Part shown: one piece after another, positions 61,130 through 64,000 of the stretch
Layout: each line of letters opens with the position of its first letter
Position numbering within the stretch: the stretch's first letter is position 1
Source of the DNA: Elsinoe ampelina
Taxonomy: Eukaryota
Assembly: GCA_010093995.1 (NCBI GenBank)
Contig: ML992513.1
Coordinates: 307,203-371,202 of the forward strand
Direction of reading: 5' to 3'
DNA: 64,000 nt
Position numbers and translations under genes: made by a program
The notes under the pieces: generated by a model
The model's database searches: none
The model's input: the letters and a program-made list of their open reading frames with translations, nothing else
Told to the model about the DNA's origin: nothing

Positions 61130-63635
61130 CTATACAGCAATCTTCGCCGCCATCTTCTCAACACTCCTCTCAAATTCACTCACACCACCTTGCAAAGCCC
61201 GAAGAGCCCCTCCCTTCAGAAGCAGCACCTCTCTCCTCCTCGCCTGCTCCCCTTCGCTCGTCTCAGACTCCAAATCACTATCTTCATCCGCAGAATCCCT
61301 CATACCTTCTGCCACTCTCTTCTTTATGTACCGATCATGGCTCACCAGAACCACAGCCCCGTCATACTGCTCCAACGCATCTGCCAGAGCCGTCACTGTG
61401 TGGTAGTCCAGATGAGTGCTGATCTCGTCCAACACGAGAAGATTCGGATGACTCGCGACCATTCTTGCTAATGCGAGGCGGACAAGCTGGCCGCCTGAGA
61501 GCGATATCACGGGGACATCGGAGGCGGTGCGGCCTGACAGTCCATACGTGCCTAGCAGGCCGCGAGCGTCTTGCTCGGTCATGGTGTCCCCAGCATCTCG
61601 CATCATTAGTGACACAGCTGTCAGGCTTGAGTCATCCTTGGCCAGAGTCTGAAGGTCCTCGACGGCATGTTGGGAGTAGTACCCTAGCTTCAGCTGAGGA
61701 TGATGCGTGACGATACCAGAGCTGGGGCGAAGGGTTTGTGTGAGGACCTTGATCAACGTAGACTTGCCGCTTCCATTCAAGCCCATGATGCCGATTCTGT
61801 CGCCGGCGTGGATGACTAGATTGATATTGCTGAGAGTGGGTCTGTCTGCTGACTTGAACTTCAATGTGGCATTCTCCAGTGATGCAAGAGCTCCTGCATT
61901 ACGGAGCTCAGTAGCGCCAGGGATTAGCATGGATACGCTCGTCTCCAAGGTCGGTATCTCGATCTCGGCGAGCTTCTTGTCATCGTAGACTGGGATTATC
62001 ATCAGCAGAGGTCGATGATACGGGATATACGACCTACCAGCTCGATCTCTGTTGAGCTTGAAACGACCGCCTGTTGCACTCTTCATCAAGCCGGTTGAGT
62101 TCTCCAACTTCTTTGTTCTGGACTTGGCCGTTCGCAGAGCATTGTCGTCTCCTCTCCTCTTCCCTTGCTTGACCGTATCGGCAATCGACTTCTTCATTCG
62201 ATCAGTCTTCTTCTCTTGAGCATCCTTCATGCGAGTCAAGTATTTGATACGAGACCGCGTATCCGTCTCATAGTCGGTAATGTTGCCTGGAAAGTACGAG
62301 AGTACCTTGTCCCGCAGTATGATGATCTCTTCACATGTTGCATCTACAAAGTCACGATCATGGGAGACTATGACGATAGTCTTGTCCCCCAAACTCTGTA
62401 GCGATTCAATGTGTTTCTGCAGCCAGACAATACCAAGCAGATCGAGAAAGTTGGTAGGCTCGTCAAGGATCAGAAGGTCTGCAGTCTGCAGCAGGGCGGT
62501 CGCTAGCATACATCGCATATGCCAGCCGCCTGACAGCTTGTTGACCGGCTTCTGCATCATGATCTCGTCAAAGCCGAGACCTTTAAGCGTTTTACGTGCT
62601 TGTGCTTCCCTCTCGCCGGTAGTGATCTGGAGACACGATCAGATCAAATTGCAAGACTTCGGCGCTCGTACGTACTACCGCAAGCTTGTCTTGGATATCA
62701 GCGATCAACTTCGTAGCTTGTTGTATCTCACTGTCTGCTTCAGTGATTGCCTCAATCGTATCCCCGATGTCAAGTCTGTACGTCTCAGTCTGTGTTATAC
62801 TCGATCTCCTCGCAACAAGACAGTCTACCTCTCTAGCAACTGCACAGCTTTCGCTTCAGCAGCTAGCAGCTCCTTCTTCGCCTGAGCACCTCGACCACCA
62901 CTGCGTAGCTCTGCTTCCCGTCTGTACTTGGCCAGATCTATCTCGAACTTGACTTGTTGATATCGCCGATAACGTCGGACCTGCTCGAGTGTATCCAGTG
63001 CCTCTGATGCTTCTGTAGATCCTTGCAGTACTTTGTAGTCAGTCCCGACACATTGATTGATGGTAAGAAGATGGCATACACAGTAAATCTTGCAAGAGCT
63101 GCAATCGATATGGATCATTCTGAGCCACATGCTCGAGCACAGGCAGACTCTGCAGCTCCTCGACCTGGCTGCTAGAGTCTACCACGTCCTGGTCTGTCTG
63201 CTGTAGACAAGCTATCCGAAGCCTCTCCGGCATGCCAGGGATAGCCTGCTCGTTGATAGCCCGGAGCAAAGCTTGGATACAACGTCAGCCAGAGCTCGTT
63301 TCAGCATTGTGATCGCAGGCATACTTGACTTTCCTGCTCCATTCCGTCCGATGAGACCATAGCAAGTTGATTGCTTGAGCTTCAAGTCTGCATGAGATAA
63401 GATCTCCAGAGAAGTCGACTTTGATTTCGACGACTTCCGCGCAGAGGTGCTCAGACTGTCATGGTCGACGGGTGACACTACTGCTAGGTCTATATCTTTG
63501 ACATGGATCTTCAGACGTCAGCTTTGATACGAGAGTAGATGAGTCGTGGATCACGTCTGATAGGCTCGCATCTTCGTTGATGTGGAAGCGCGTCTCTTGG
63601 CTGGTGGCCACTAGCCTGGGTCGGGAGGAGACCAT
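61130..63635 (-). CDS. ABC-F-type soluble ATPase with two ABC domains and no TM segments (multi-exon)
   Basis: MVSSRPRLVATSQETRFH, YGLIGRNGAGKS, LSGGWHMR, LILDEPTNFLD, VSHDR, GLNGSGKST, LSGGQLVR and LDEISTHLD. Several GT-AG introns; start approximate. Confidence 0.88.
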
Positions 63636-64000
63636 CTGGTCGATTGATCAGGTTGCGGAACTTTGTGGATCATCCCTGGACAGTCGGGGGATTCTATAGT
63701 AGCTTGGAGATGTTACGAGGCGGAGAGGGGCTACGACTGCGGTGTCTGGAACGAGGACAAGTTTTTGTGACTCATGGAGAGCTTGAGGAGCTTGGTGGCG
63801 GAGCAGTCAAGCGCCCATCTTCAACCGAGTGTCAATTACGCCAATACGAAATCATGAAAGTCGATTATCGCACCCTATCAGACCCCCAATCACTGCAAGT
63901 CAGAAAAGTTGGATATCGAGTGTGCCTGTGTGGCTGCATTTCAAATGCTATCTGATATCTATCCATAATACTACGCCAGAGTATTAGACCGTGTCCATGC

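Overview
Gene-dense genomic window from a filamentous ascomycete, judged from short GT-AG introns with CTRAC/CTRAT branch points, Pezizomycotina-type proteins and RIP-mutated repeats. Housekeeping and accessory genes, in order: small RecQ helicase, CmcJ/NvfI/AsaB-type oxygenase, ILV3, THADA/Trm732, TIM23, two orphan ORFs, MEF2, VPS17, MET3, MET16, a secreted Pro/Gly-rich protein, acyltransferase-3, MET2, dienelactone hydrolase, Git3/cAMP-receptor-like GPCR, PTH11-like protein, BVMO-type flavin monooxygenase, ATG3, Nudix hydrolase, GH55 exo-beta-1,3-glucanase, NmrA-like reductase and an ABC-F ATPase. Mobile DNA: two RIP-inactivated Ty1/copia elements (one complete, with 142-bp LTRs and a GTCAG target-site duplication) and a ~450-bp inverted-repeat MITE-like element. 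The most striking unexplained signal is a set of about nine 0.7-1.6 kb domains that switch abruptly from C/A-rich to G/T-rich and reshape codon usage and protein composition, mostly at gene 3' ends. Also notable: RIP spares the outer edges of the copia LTRs, the complete copia carries an extra ~1.8 kb between pol and the 3' LTR, and a frameshifted secreted repeat-protein gene lies beside it. All calls come from reading the sequence and recognising motifs; no database searches or computations were run.
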